64,000 nucleotides of DNA, taken from assembly GCA_052327205.1 (NCBI GenBank), contig CM126207.1, forward strand, positions 260,648,001-260,712,000, written 5' to 3'. Within the stretch, counting starts at the first letter, position 1. Each line of letters begins with the position of its first letter. The DNA comes from Somniosus microcephalus. Lineage: Eukaryota. The notes below the pieces were generated by a model that had not been told where the DNA came from, did no database searches, and saw only the letters and a list, made by a program, of their open reading frames with translations. Of the stretch, positions 1-12,399 are shown in pieces. The position numbers were made by a program, and so were the translations under genes.

Positions 1-180
1 AATACATATACTAACACACACACACAAATACATATACTAACACACACACACAAATACATACAACACACACGCACAAATACATACACTAACACACTCACAC
101 TAACACACGCACAAATACATACATTAACACACATTACACGCACAAATACATTCATTGACACATGCACACGAACACATTAG
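1..180. repeat. Imperfect (CA)n/(ATAC)-rich microsatellite
   Basis: Reiterated acacacac/aaatacata units. Confidence 0.9.
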
Positions 181-1084
181 TAAACCTCCCATGGAAATGC
201 TCATGGCAAGTCAGTGGATAAGCAGTTTTATAAGGACGTGAACATAAAACGGTGTAAAACACAACAAGGATGATTCTGCGCTCACAGTGGGCCAGCTGCA
301 CTCGCAGGGGGTGTGGGTCAGAGAATCGGGGCTACAGTGCTGTGGCGGCTTCCCTGATGGGAGCACGGGATGTAGAATCGCCCCTGGTGTGTCATTCTTC
401 TGCTGAAGTGCTTTAAGGCTACTAAGTCTAACTGCCATCAAGCAAACGCTGGGCGAGTTCACATTTCTATTAATTAAAAAGCTGCAGACATCCTGGCTCC
501 TATATTTTGCATTCTTGGGAGAGTTCCTCTCCTATGCACTCAAGTCCCAGGCAACTTAAAGAGGGGGAACAGGCCTCCAGAAGGAAGTGTTATTGGAGAG
601 ATCTCAAAACACACTGTTGGCCAAGTCTAATCATTTTGTTGTGAAATGTGTCATTTTTAATACATTTATTATGTTAAAAACTTTAAATCTAATACCATGT
701 CCGCCAATTGAGCGAACAGATGGCAGCCAAAAGCATTTTCAACAGAAAGCACCGAGAAGGCCATTCAACCATTTGAAAGGATCGACGTTTCCCCCTCTGA
801 CCCCATGCAGGAGCCGCACTGTGAATTACAGGAGAGTGCGCACAGAATAAAAATGCATGGGATCCGGGGCACCATTTGCCCACCAAAGGGGATTCAAGCA
901 AAGGTCTTGCAGTCCTTATAAAACAGTGCATCATCTGACTGACTGCGGGTCAGTCGAGCACGTATGCGTGCGTGTGTGTGTGCGTGTACAAACGAACACA
1001 GACCAGGTTGAATTAGAAGCACAACATAGACTAGCAAAATAGTTTGCTGCTCAAACCGTGGGGGGTGGGATGATTAGAAGGTGT

Positions 1085-1485
1085 TTTTTATTCATTCACG
1101 GGGTGTGGGCGTCGCCGGCAAGGCCGGCATTTATTGCCCATCCCTAGTTGCCCTCGAGAAGGTGGTGGTGAGCCCGAGTGGCTCGCTAGGCCATTTCAGA
1201 GGGGCAGTTAGGAGTCAACCACATTGCTGTGGGTCAGGAGACACATATAGGCCAGACCGGGTAAGGACGGCAGATTTCCTTCCCTAAAGGACATTAGTGA
1301 ACCAGATGGGTTATTACGACAATCCGGTAGTTTGCCGGTCACCATTACTGATACTGGCTTTTTCCCCCCCCCGCCCCCCATTCCAGCTTTATTTTAAATT
1401 CCCTGCTGCCGTGCTGGAATTTGAACTCATATCTCCGGATCAGTAGCCCAGTCCTCAGGATTACTAGTGCAGTTACATAACCATT
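1085..1485 (-). mobile_element. tRNA-headed SINE whose 3' tail matches the LINE at 2072-2610
   Basis: Minus strand reads B-box-like GAGTTCAAAT near 1425. Tail ggctcaccaccaccttctcgagggcaa...aataaatgccggccttgcc matches the LINE 3' end. Second copy at 41020-41925. Confidence 0.75.
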
Positions 1486-2071
1486 ATGCTCGCGTACCCA
1501 CGTAACTGGCACACTTGATGTACTGTTCTGTGCTGATAACACACAGTTTTACAACGATAGGGGCTTTGTCAACAGAATGTGACAGGGAAAGTGCGACCGT
1601 CAGAGTGTGACAGGAAATAAGTGCAACATTCGAGGAAGTGTGCACTATTTGCATTACTTTTAATATATTTGATTGACACGTGCCCGTGTACACGTGTGCA
1701 TGCATGCACTCTGGGAGCAAAACACGCTCAATGCACTGAAAGCTGACATAAGGACTTGGTCTCGTTTTTTTTATGATTGCATACAAGGAGAGATTAAGGG
1801 CAAGAACAAGCATCTGTTTTTCACTTTAAAAATTACATATGGGTAGAATTTCACTAACCCCAGATACTCAAACGAGAGTAAATTTTGCAATGGGTGCCAC
1901 ATTTGATAGAAGTGATGGGGGCCTGACTAACAAAGCTGGCAGCACCAGGTTCTTCCTGGGCACAGACAGAATGGGACAGACAATGGGCACAGTGGCATCA
2001 GGGCATTGCAGGTTTATACCCAAGCATAGCATCACTTGATAGTACAGGGTCACACAAAAAGTGTCAATTGG

Positions 2072-2610
2072 AAGCCATGTACAAGGCACAAGTCAGGAGT
2101 GTGCTGGAATACTCTCCACTTGCCTGGATGAGTGCAGCTCCAACAACACTCAAGAAGCTCGACACCATCCAGGACAAAGCAGCCCACCTGATTGGCACCC
2201 CATCCACCACCTTAAACATTCATTCCCTCCACCACCGGCGCACCGTGGCTGCCGTGTGCACCATCTACAAGATGCACTGCAGCAACTCGCCAAGGCTTCT
2301 TCGACAGCACCTCCCAAACCCACGACCTCTACCACCTAGAAGGACAAGGGCAGCAGGTGCATGGGAACACCACCGCCTGCAAGTTCCCCTCCAAGTCACA
2401 CACCATCCTGACTTGGAAATATATCGTCGATCCTTCATCGTCGCTGGGTCAAAATCCTGGAACTCCCTCTCTAACAGCACTGTGGGAGTACCTTCACCAC
2501 ACGGACTGCAGCGGTTCAAGAAGGCGGCTCACCACCACCTTCTCAAGGGCAATTAGGGATGGGGCAATAAATGCAGGCCTTGCCAGAGATGCCCAAATCC
2601 CAGGAACGAA
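2072..2610 (+). mobile_element. 5'-truncated non-LTR retrotransposon (CR1-group, Crack/L2-like), ORF2 C-terminus
   Basis: ORF 2068-2556 YKAQVRSVLEYS...KLDTIQ...SLHHRR resembles a post-RT LINE region. Other copies at 51035-51200(-) and 53078-53390(+). Clade assignment is tentative. Confidence 0.8.
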
Positions 2611-2782
2611 CCCACATCCAACTCAAATATGGTTGAGGAACAATTAGATCCACATTTCCTCTTCCAAACTCGATAATCTTCCACTCTTCACGGGAAGAGG
2701 AAGCTCCTTCAAGGTGCTCATAGATCTGATTGAGAGAGGCGCACTTTATTATTCGGACAAACTGACGCCTGTACAATTTTAT

Positions 2783-3050
2783 TCCCCGATTTTAACTCCA
2801 GGTGGATTCCTTGCTCAGGCCTGAGCTAAAATTACAGTCGGGTCTCAATGATGTCATCAGGCCACAACATGCATATGTAAAGAAGGACCCTGTTGGCTGC
2901 AGGCGTGGGTCCTTGCTGCCTGCTCGGGGAGAGTGGGTTAAAATTGCAGATGTTGCGATCAGGGCGGCTTTCGGACAGGTAAGAGCCAGGGGCGATTTTA
3001 ACTGCCCGCCTGCCAGGTTTCTGCTGAGCGAGTAGGGTTAAAATCACCCT
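2783..3050. mobile_element. Degenerate MITE (PIF/Harbinger-like termini)
   Basis: Left ccccgattttaac vs right gttaaaatcaccc inverted termini; non-coding interior. Confidence 0.5.
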
Positions 3051-3236
3051 CGGTCAAGTCAGAGAGGATGATGCAGTCTTTTCCAATCAACTCTTTTACG
3101 CAATGGCTTATGTACGTGACAATTTAAGATCAAGAGCAACGAGCCAGAAGACTCCATCTGAAGGATGTGCCAGACCTCAGTGACCTTTTTTCTCTGGGTT
3201 TCTTTCTCTCTCTCTCACTATCCTGTAACGATTCAG

Positions 3237-3254
3237 ACAAGTTGGCAATTCAAG
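3237..3254 (+). other. Candidate 18-nt microexon
   Basis: Long pyrimidine tract 3185-3217, then TTCAG|ACAAGTTGGCAATTCAAG|GTAAGT. Frame-preserving length; peptide not recognised. Confidence 0.25.
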
Positions 3255-3594
3255 GTAAGTCAAGATGCTCTGGCCTTTATCACAGCTCCTTTTTTTTTGC
3301 ATTTCTAAGATCACTTTGAACTTAGCCTTTTACTTTTTCAACAACCAGCGCACATTGATTTGTCTTCTGTTCTCATTCATCAAAAACAGTTCTTTACTGG
3401 GACTTATTAAAATACCGCCTACCCTTTCCATAGTAAATTACATACCATGCCATCAGTCATCCAGAATACAAACGGGGCTCGACCGTTGAAGAAAATAAAT
3501 AGATTAGGGCTAACTGGGGGACCAAGCTGAAAATTGGAATGGAACTGAACTTGGCTAGTTCACTCAATGAGAGCACAGCTTCATCCCTTCCCAA

Positions 3595-4160
3595 CACCAT
3601 TCGGCCTATTGTGTTCGTGCTGGCTCTTCACTAGAGCAGTCTAAAACTAATCCCACTACCCTGCTCTCTCCCCACAGTTCTTGTATCTTCCTCTGCTTTA
3701 AATAGTTATCCAATTTTCCCTTTAAACAATGCAATGGTCTCTGCTTCAACTCCTTCCTTTGGCAAAGCATTCACCATGCTCCAACAACCCTCTGCATCAA
3801 GAGATTTCTCCTAACTTTGCCCCTCACTGTCTTAATGACAATTTTAAATTGATGACCCCTCATCATTGACTTCCCAACCAGAGGAAATAGCCTTTCCCTA
3901 CTCACTCTATCAAAACCCTTCAGAATTTTAAAAATGTCTCTTAAATCTCCACATAGCCATCTCTGCTCCAATGGAAATAGTCCCACAATCTCAAGTCTCT
4001 CCTCATAGCTGTGATTTCCGTTCCCTGGCATCATTCTGGTCAATCTATGCTGTACACTCTCTGTGGTTTTAATGTCCCTCGATAATGGGGTTCCCAAAAC
4101 TGCACACAGTGCTCCAACAGTGGCCTAACCAATGTTTTGTACAAACATATTACTTCTTTA
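3595..4160 (-). mobile_element. Old CR1 LINE 3' fragment (frameshifted)
   Basis: ORFs 4040-4240 (LYKTLVRPLLEHCVQFW) and 3771-4097 (YEERL...QRVVGAW) are CR1 ORF2 C-terminal motifs in different frames. Confidence 0.9.
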
Positions 4161-4307
4161 CTCTTTACATAGAATGACAATACAACACAGAAACAGGCCA
4201 TTCGGCCCAACCAGTCTCTGCCGGTGTTTATGCTCCACATGAGCCTCCTCCCACTCTATTTACTTCATCTCACCCTATCAACACGTTCTTCTAATCCTTT
4301 CTCCCTC

Positions 4308-4560
4308 GTGAGAAGGAATATCTTCACTCGGAGGGTTGTGAATCTTTGGCATTCTCTGCCCCAAAGGGCTGTGGATGCTGAATCGTTGAGTATGTTCAAG
4401 GCTGAGATCGATAGATTTTTGGACTCTAGGGGAATTAAGGGATATGGCGATCGGGCGGGAAAGTGGAGTTGAGGTCGATGATCAGCCATGAACTTATTGA
4501 ATGGCGGAGCAGGCTCGAGGGGCCGTATGGCCTACTCCTGCTCCTAATTCTTATATTCTT
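4308..4560 (+). mobile_element. CR1 LINE 3' end
   Basis: RRNIFTRRVVNLWHSLP...GIKGYG followed by the typical 3' UTR ggcctactcctgctcct. Confidence 0.9.
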
Positions 4561-4572
4561 TTGTACGTATCT

Positions 4573-4759
4573 CTCTTCTCTTAGGCAGTCCCTCGGAACC
4601 GAGGATGACTTGCTTCCACATTAAAAATTAGTTCTCAGGTGACTGATGAGTCCAATGTGAGACCTACAGTCTGTCACAGGTGGGGCAGACGGTGGTTGAA
4701 GGGACGGGTGGGTGGGGTGCTTGGGTTGGTGTGCGCTCCTTACGCTGCCTGCGCTTGGC
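4573..4759 (-). mobile_element. RTE (BovB-like) LINE 3' end with 8-bp TSD
   Basis: Reverse complement matches the 3' end of the RTE at 41054-41590. TSD ACGTATCT at 4565-4572 and 4760-4767. Confidence 0.85.
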
Positions 4760-4899
4760 ACGTATCTAGCTTCCCTTTAAATGCATCTAAGCTAGTCAGC
4801 TTAACCACTCCTTGTGGTAGCAAGTTCCACATTCTCACCACTATCGGAGTAAAGAAGTTTCTCCTGAATTCCCTATTGGATTTATTTGCGACTAACTTA

Positions 4900-5003
4900 A
4901 ATGAAGTCAATGGAAATAAATAAAAATCGGGCGAGGTGTAAAGCGGGCTGCCGACTTGCAAGCCACCGTTTTACACCATTGCACACAGCCAAAATCTACC
5001 CCA
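4900..5003. mobile_element. MITE terminal arm (GGGGTAGATTTT family)
   Basis: Ends aaaatctacccc; an inverted homologous arm lies at 30658-30745. Confidence 0.55.
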
Positions 5004-5101
5004 TTGACACTAGAGCCAATCAGATATTTAACAACAGCCGCCGAGATATTTCAGCAGCTATCTGTAGTCACAGTTCTATGCAAAATACTGGGAACTGGTG
5101 A

Positions 5102-5200
5102 CCAATATTCCTTCTAATTTGTAACTGGCTGCGCAGGTCCATTCAAATTTTCAGCATACGCAGTTTCTTCCATGTAAATGCTGGTGAGCGGCCTGTACGG
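5102..5200 (+). mobile_element. hAT-type MITE fragment
   Basis: caatattccttctaattt...taactggctgcgcaggtccattcaaattttc matches the reverse complement of 34350-34506 and resembles 32485-32612. Confidence 0.65.
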
Positions 5201-5984
5201 GCCCTCCAGACCCCGCAGCTCAGCGGGAACCTTGCTGGTGACACCCGTTTTACACCGAGTGGCCCAAACACTCGTATCACTGACGGACATCGTGCACGTA
5301 CATAGGATGTACGGAACTGGTAAGGGGAGAAGAGCGCCTTGGCCTTATTTGTGGACATGATACCGAGAGCTAAAGGCCTCACGTGTAGAATTTAACACGA
5401 GTACAAACCGAAAACAAGCAAAGATTAAAAAAAAATCAATCCAAATCTCTAACCATTCAATTGAAGAGAACAACTTGAACTATAAATATTTTTGCTCTGT
5501 AAATACTCTTTCTCTGCCCGAATTGCAAACTGTGCCACATTCACAGTCCAAACATGCCACATGCTTGCTTTCCATATCACGCCTTCTACTGCTACTATGA
5601 TCCAGCAAATCGCGCTCCAGATTACACGATCAAATAGCTTAACATTTTTTGACTGCGGTTATAGTGTAGGAATGTGCGGGCTCAAGATACTGGCGGAAGT
5701 TGGTGTCTGGGTGGGTGGGTGGGTGTTGGGGGGGGGTGGGTGGGTGGGTGTTGGGGGGAAGCCTCCAATACAAGCAGAAGGCGAGAGCCAAGCGCTTTAA
5801 TTCATGCATGGTCCCCCATTCACCTGCAGAGTCCCAAACGCCAAGCAGCATTAGGTGGCTTGGCAGCTGGCCCCTTAAAGGCAGAGGCTGGTTGGTGTTG
5901 CTTTCAAAATCACATCTTTTTAAAAATAAAACAAGAGTCCTTGTCTTTATTTTTTCCCATTGTTTTTCCCTTCCTCTCCCGAAA

Positions 5985-6085
5985 AAAGAACTTGCATTTA
6001 TATAGCACCTTTCACGACCCCAGAACGTTCCAAAGCGCTTTGCAGGCAATGCAATACTTTAAGGGTAGTCACCGTTGTAACGTAG
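5985..6085 (-). mobile_element. Deu-domain SINE 3' tail
   Basis: cttgcatttatatagcacctttcacgacc tail shared with full copies. Confidence 0.85.
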
Positions 6086-6347
6086 ACAATATTGCAATGC
6101 AAGAAAAGTTGTAACTCTTCCTCAAATACAGTTCATCACGTTTGAGCCTAGACTTTGAGTGTTGGCAGGCTATTAAACACCCAAAGCCTGTCACGGCCTC
6201 AATCCCACTCCCGTCCTACTTTAACACACGTGCGCTTTCCAGCATGGTTCACTGGATAGCATTGAAGAATCAGGCCCTGCCTGATTGTCCACCCCCCACC
6301 TGAGGGTCACCGATTCCAATGGGTAACCTCTGCCCCCGAACCTCTGC

Positions 6348-7368
6348 CCCCAATCCTCCGTCCCCACCCACTCCTCCGTCTCCCCCCCACTCCTCCCCGT
6401 ACCCCCCCACGTCCCCCCCCACTCCTCCCCCTCCCCCCCACTCCTCCCCCGTCTCCCCCACTCCTCCCCCTCCCCCCACTCCTCCCCCACTCCTCCCCCG
6501 TCCCCCCCACTCCTCCCCCGTCTCCCCCACTCCTCCCCGTCCCCCCCGTCTCCCCCACTCCTCCCCCGTCCCCCCCCACTCCTCCCCGTCCCCCCCATCT
6601 CCCCCACTCCTCCCCGTCCCCCCCACTCCTCCCCCTCCCCCCACTCCTCCCCCGTCCCCCCCACTCCTCCCCCGTCCCCCCCACTCCTCCCCCGTCCCCC
6701 CCACTCCTCCCCGTCTCCCCCGTCTTCCCCACTCCTCCCCCGTCCCCCCCACTCCTCCCCGTCTCCCCCACTCCTCCCCCCCCACTCCTCCCCCCCACTC
6801 ATTCCCCCCACCCGTCCCCCCCACCCCTCCCCCGTCCCCCCCACTCCTCCCCCGTCCCCCCACTCCTCCCCCATCCCCCCCACTCCTCCTCCGTCCCCCC
6901 ACCCCTCCCCGTCCCCCCCACTCCTCCTCCGTCCCCCCCACCCCTCCCCGTCCCCCCCACTCCTCCCCCGTCCCCCCCACCCCTCCCCCGTCCCCCCCAC
7001 TCCTCCCCCGTCCCCCCACTCCTCCCCCGTCCCCCCCACTCCTCCTCCGTCCCCCCACCCCTCCCCGTCCCCCCCACCCCTCCCCGTCCCCCCCACCCCT
7101 CCCCGTCCCCCCCACTCCTCCCCCGTCCCCCCCACCCCTCCCCCGTCCCCCCCACTCCTCCCCCGTCCCCCCACTCCTCCCCCATCCCCCCCACTCCTCC
7201 TCCGTCCCCCCACCCCTCCCCGTCCCCCCCACCCCTCCCCGTCCCCCCCACTCCTCCTCCGTCCCCCCCACCCCTCCCCGTCCCCCCCACTCCTCCTCCG
7301 TCCCCCCCACCCCTCCCCGTCCCCCCCACCCCTCCCCGTCCCCCCCACTCCTCCCCGTCCCCCCCTCC
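6348..7368. repeat. ~1-kb C-rich minisatellite (unit ~ccccccactcctcccccgt)
   Basis: Dozens of ~18-20-nt units with extreme strand asymmetry. The 370-aa Pro/Gly ORFs are by-products. Confidence 0.95.
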
Positions 7369-8559
7369 CAGATACTAATGCTTCCCTTCAATATGAACTT
7401 CCTGTGGGGGTCATTGACACAAACGGGTGATTCAGATTACAGGAGTTAGCCATATTTTGAAAATTCAGGTGAATTCACTTGTTCAGGCTGTTCAGTGTCA
7501 GTGATTCCTCTCTCTGTTATGATAGTTATTTCCACTGTAATAACATGACACGAAGAGAGCCGCCTCCTACACATTCCGGCGCCTGCCTTTGCTGAGAGAC
7601 AGGCCCGACACTAATTCCAACACTTAGCAACCAGTTGAGAGAAGGAATGTAAACTCTTCACTAGCTGCTGCCTGCGGGGTCAGGAACTCTCGGTGACTCG
7701 GATTCATTATCAACTCACTTTTCTTCAGATTACAGGGGCAAAGGAGGCCGAGTGCAGCAGGAATGCCAAAGCATTCACACAGAGAGGCGCAGAAATGCAA
7801 CATGTATTAAGGGAGAGGGATAAGAGAGGATGTTCAAAGTAGCTTTTGTGGTTTATGAAGAATGTCAGTGTATTCAGACACTGCCTTCTTTTTGAATGAG
7901 CTATAAGCAAAAAAAGAGACACACATGCAGATGAAAGGAGGCAGAAGGAGAAGAACAGAATGAGGCACACACACACACAGACACACAGATAAAGCACTAG
8001 ACATATTTAGCACAGTGGTACTAAGACACTATAGGAAATAGCACCCTTAAGCCAATGCGCTTTAACGTCGTGTCAATGCGCTTCTTGTGGGACTCGCAGT
8101 TCATCACCTCAAAGTGTATCCGCCACCAGTGACAGACCTGTAGTCACCAGCACTTCATCCTCGTGGCAAGCAGGTCAAATGCTCTCCCCAGACACAGCCC
8201 AAGTTTGGCAGGGCAAAGGGGGATATTTTCCACTAATGTTAGAGAAAAGGTTGCTGCTGAGCATCAGACAGTTACCAATAAAGTTGTTTATGTACTTGCA
8301 TACATGTAGAGGGAATTAGATTAGATTGCCAAGGGTGATTTTAGAGACCCTGGGTTCTGAGCGGGGAGCAGTGCCTCGAGGGAGCGCGGTTGGAGAACAG
8401 ACACTAGGGTTGCTGTGGGGCCCGTCTCTGACCCGTGCTCTCTTCGCGCGCCACTCCCAGCTGGGAGCGTGGGTTCAATGAATTCACCCTCCGAGCAAGT
8501 TGTACTGACATTGCACATGTCAACGGAGAGGCCAAATTTTGGTCAGCTTCCGAAAAAAG

Positions 8560-8930
8560 GGTTTAGAAAAGGTCCAGAGAAGGTTGACAAAAATGATTGC
8601 AGGTTTTAGCAACTGAACTTCTTATCACCAGAGAAAAGATTGAGCCAAGACATGATACAGGTCTTTAAAGCAATGAATGGTATAGATAAGGTTGAAGTAC
8701 GCGAGCTATCTAACTTGGACAGTAAGTACAGGACTTGATGATACAAGCTAAAAATTCACAATCCTTGATCAAAGTTAGAGATTAGATAAACCTTCCCCTA
8801 TAGTGGACATGTGGAAGAGACTCCCAGAGATTCAGAGTCAAAGAGACGTCCAGCGAAGGTAAATGGTTCAATTGATACTATTAAACGGGAGCTGGCCTGG
8901 CACTTTTGCGAAGTAGGGTTGAGGACTGTA
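8560..8930 (+). mobile_element. Highly degraded CR1 fragment
   Basis: ttagaaaaggtccagagaaggttgacaaaaatgatt encodes LEKVQRRLTKMI, a CR1 ORF2 motif. Confidence 0.7.
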
Positions 8931-9619
8931 GAGATACCGATAAGACTGCTAGAGTTCTCTCAGGGAAAGGAACTGAAGTGATCCCTAAAGTTGCTCCTCA
9001 ACATATGGTGAAGAGAAGTCAAAGCCCAGGAACTGCCTCACAGCTGCTTCCGCTCCTCCGCCTAACTGCGCTGGACGTGTGGCGTAGGCAGGGTTTCCGA
9101 CACACTTCCGGCAAAGTTACGACAGCGGAGCGGAAGCAGCTCCGAGGAATTTCCTGGCTGTTGATATAATAATCACACATGAACTGAGCAGGTTCGATGG
9201 GCCGAATGGCTTTTGATTTTTTTTTTCTCCCTGCTACGGATGCCTTCATGTTGAAAGTGGGTTTCCTGGCCTTATGCTCACACTGGGTTTTAATTCTGCC
9301 GACAACAGCAGCCAAAGAGAAATACACCCATAAATCTAATCATTGTACCACTGGGTATTTTTCTACGGATCAAACAATCCTGGTACTAAAAAAGTCAGCC
9401 GCCCACCACTACAGCTTATTGAAATCTTGAGGGTAAAAAATCATCAGCGCTGTACTCGAAGGGAATGTGGGTGGGACAATCAGGCAGGTTGTAGTCCAAT
9501 TCCCCCTTGCTGCCAGTGTGGCTCACTGCTGGAAGCACAGGATCAGGGAATCGAATGCTCAGTGACAACACTTATCCTTTTACATCTCTGATTGAAAACA
9601 CTCTCCTAAGATCCCATAC

Positions 9620-9708
9620 CTTCAAAAGTACTTCATTTGTTGTAAAGCGCTTTGGGACGTCCGGTGGCCGTGAAAGACACTATATAAAGGCAAGTCTTTC
9701 TTTTTTTT
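9620..9708 (+). mobile_element. Deu-domain SINE 3' tail
   Basis: ttcaaaagtacttcat...aagcgctttgggacgtcc...gcaagtctttc. Confidence 0.85.
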
Positions 9709-9811
9709 CGGAATTTACAAACTTTTTTTTAGTTGTCGGGAGGGGGGGGCTGTTGAGAGTCAGAAGGGGCATGGTTCAATTTCATTGTCACGGTGCAAAT
9801 TACAAAATCAT

Positions 9812-10060
9812 TGAAATTCACAGCACAGCAGGAGGCCATTCGGCCCATCGTGTCTGTGCCGGCTGACCAACAGCTATCCAGCCTAATCCCACTTTCCAGC
9901 TCTTGGTCCGTAGCCCTACAGGTTACGGCACTTCAAGTACGTATCCAAGTACTTTTTAAATGCGATGAGGGTTTCTGCCTCTACCTCTCTTTCAGGCACT
10001 GAGTTCCAGACCCCCACCACCCTCTGGGTGACAAAACTTCTCCTCAACTCCCCTCTAATT
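9812..10060 (-). mobile_element. CR1 3' end
   Basis: Minus-strand LRRSFVTQRVVGVWNS plus the ggccattcggccc tail. Confidence 0.85.
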
Positions 10061-10327
10061 TTGATACATACAAGATTCTTACAGGGCTTGACAGGGTAGA
10101 TGCTGGGAGGATGTTTCCCCTGGCTAAGGAGTGTAAAACCAGGGGTCACAGTCTCAGAATAAGGGGTCGGCCATTTAGGACCGAGATGAGGAGAAATTTC
10201 TTCACTCAGAGGGTGGTGAATCTTTGGAATTCTCTACTCCAGAGGGCTGGGGAGGCTCAGTCGTTGAGTATATTCAAGACGGAGATCGATAGATTTTTGG
10301 ATATTAAAGGAATCAAGGGATATGGGG

Positions 10328-10606
10328 TAAAAACAGAAAATACTGGAAATACTCAGCAGGTCAGGTAGCATCTGTGGAGAGAGAAACAGAGTTAACGTTT
10401 CAGGTCGATGACCCTTCGTCAGAACTGGAAAAAGTTGGAGATGTAAAAGGTTTTTAAGCAAGTGTCGGGGCAGGGAGGGGAGGAAAGAACAAAAGGGGAG
10501 GTCTGTGATAGGATGGAAGGCAGGAGAGATTAAGAGACAAAAGGGATGACGGTGCAAGGCAAAAGGAGATGGCAATGGGACAAATTAAGAAACAAAAGAT
10601 GACTTT
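10328..10606 (-). mobile_element. Penelope-like element 3' fragment, TSD TATGGGG
   Basis: Homologous to 54745-54958. TSD at 10321-10327 and 10607-10613. Confidence 0.75.
10390..10426 (-). ncRNA. Minimal type-I hammerhead ribozyme motif (PLE-associated)
   Basis: AGTT-CTGACGA-A-GGGTC-ATC-GACCT-GAAAC-GTT-AACT. Confidence 0.7.
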
Positions 10607-11019
10607 TATGGGGATCGGGCAGGAAGGTGGAATTGAGGTCGAGGATCAGCCATGATCTTATTGAATGGCGGAGCAGGCTCGAGGGGCCGAATGGCCGACT
10701 CCTGCTCCTATTTCTTATGTTCTTAATCCTTCTACGAACTACTTTAAATCTATGTAGTTTGGCAAAAATGAAGTCATTGTATTGAACGTCTTGAATCAAA
10801 AACTGTCACGCCGAGACGCTAATTTCATGTTAGGAGAGTGCCCTTACGATCAAACTAGGCCCACTCTGACGCACGAGGAATCTACAAGAACTGAATCACG
10901 AACAGTTCTGTCTGTTTTAAATACCAGCATTGGGCCATTCCCACTGCCGCTCACAGATCCTGATCAAACTTTACTACCCCCCCTGTCCCATTATCAAGGA
11001 ACCAGGTTGGAGTTCAGCA

Positions 11020-11540
11020 CTTGTAATTGAAAAGAAACTGATGACAATGAACAGCATCACATTATATATGCGCAATGTCAGGCGGAATGATTGCGCAGAC
11101 ATAATCACTCTAATTGCAAACCATCACAAACAACAGACATTGAAATTTTACCCTTGAAATTTTTATTAATATCCAATTATTCCATGTTGCCAACGGTCAT
11201 TTTTCGGCAAACCTGCTATTTACTTTAACAGCTGCCGCGACAATAAAAGGGAGACCACTTGCTAAAAGGTTTTCATTAACAGGGCTGATTTCGCTCCCCG
11301 CCACCACCGCCCCCCCCCACTGCCCCCAACTCCCCCCCCCAATAAAGGCAGCTTAATGAGGGCTGATTTAAACTGGGAGCTATGTGTCATCCTTGAACAT
11401 AAGCCTGTCATTAGCGACACACCAAACCCAAAGTGGCTGCTCCTAAACTGCAATCCAATAAAAGTGCTACTTGCCTATTTATCATCTTCAAGCCTTTTTA
11501 TCACTGTGCAGATGGCGTCAACCTTTGGAAGGCTCAGCAA
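11020..11540. promoter_or_regulatory. Candidate conserved non-coding element/enhancer
   Basis: TE-free and AT-rich, with clustered TAATTG/ATTAAT and TGTCA sites. Conservation is not tested. Confidence 0.35.
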
Positions 11541-11747
11541 TGCATCTGCACAGGAGCCCGGCAATGCTCAGCTTGTCAGGATCAGCGTGTGTCTGAATAT
11601 ACTGCGCATGTCCATAGAATACACAACGTATGTCTGTGTATATGTATATAAACATATTTTATCGATCTAACTATCGCCCTCTCTCGCTTTATCAATCGAT
11701 ATATATTGATCTATTTATCTATCTATCCCTCTCTATATATCCATATA

Positions 11748-12068
11748 AAGACTTGCATTTATATAGCGCCTTTCATGATCATCGAACATCCCAAAGCGCT
11801 TTACAGCCAATGAAGTACTATTTGAAGTGTAGTCACTGTTGTAATGTGGGAAACACGGCAGCCAATTTGCGCACAGCAAGCTCCCACAAACAGCAATGTG
11901 ATAATGATCAGATAATCTGTTTTAGTGATGTTGGTTGAGGGACTAACATTGGCCAGGACACCGGGGAAGAACTCCCCTGTTCTTCTTCGAAATAGTGGCC
12001 GTGGGATCTTTCACGTCCACCTGAGAGAGCAGACGGGGCCTCGGTTTAACGTCTCATCCGAAAGACGG
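11748..12068 (-). mobile_element. Deu-domain SINE (SacSINE1/AmnSINE1-like)
   Basis: Reverse complement of the Deu core gccgtctttcggatgagacgttaaaccgagg... through the tail. Confidence 0.9.
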
Positions 12069-12399
12069 ATATATATATATATATATATGTATATATGCAC
12101 CTATGAGGAGATTCGTCAGCTGCTCACCTCATCTTGCTCACAGCACTTCCGCTGGTTGAGTGACAGTTTATCTTGGAACTGCAAAGCGTGATTTCAAAGT
12201 TCCTCCACACAAGGGGGAAACACACAGCCTTCTCGCACTTTCCTCCACCATCTGTCTCGCTGGCTGGTCGAAGAAAACCCAGCACGGAGAGATGCCACTT
12301 TTTTTTTAAGAGGAGGCAGAAAGTGTGAGATGTGGCAGACCTACGCCAGCCCACTCGGTGGGGGGAGTTGCTGTGGTCAGTGCTGGGCCAGATGGTCTA

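Larger units (their letters stand above)
4168..4895 (-). mobile_element. Old CR1 3' end interrupted by two younger insertions
   Basis: Tail at 4168-4307 resumes at 4760-4895 (minus-strand RRNFFTPIVVRMWNLLP). Confidence 0.75.
10063..10722 (+). mobile_element. CR1 3' end split by a Penelope-like insertion
   Basis: ORF 10111 TRGHSLRIRG...RRNFFTQRVVNLWNSL; the 3' UTR resumes at 10607. Confidence 0.9.

Noticed and set aside
5143-5382. Possible exon ending at CTG|GTAAGG
   Set aside because: The 5' part is a hAT MITE copy, and no frame gives a recognisable peptide.
6221-7449. 370-aa Gly/Glu-rich and Pro-rich ORFs
   Set aside because: Open on both strands in several frames only because the minisatellite lacks stop codons.
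12129-12179. 51-nt minus-strand exon candidate (FQDKLSLNQRKCCEQDE)
   Set aside because: Poor polypyrimidine tract; such pairs are expected by chance in 64 kb.
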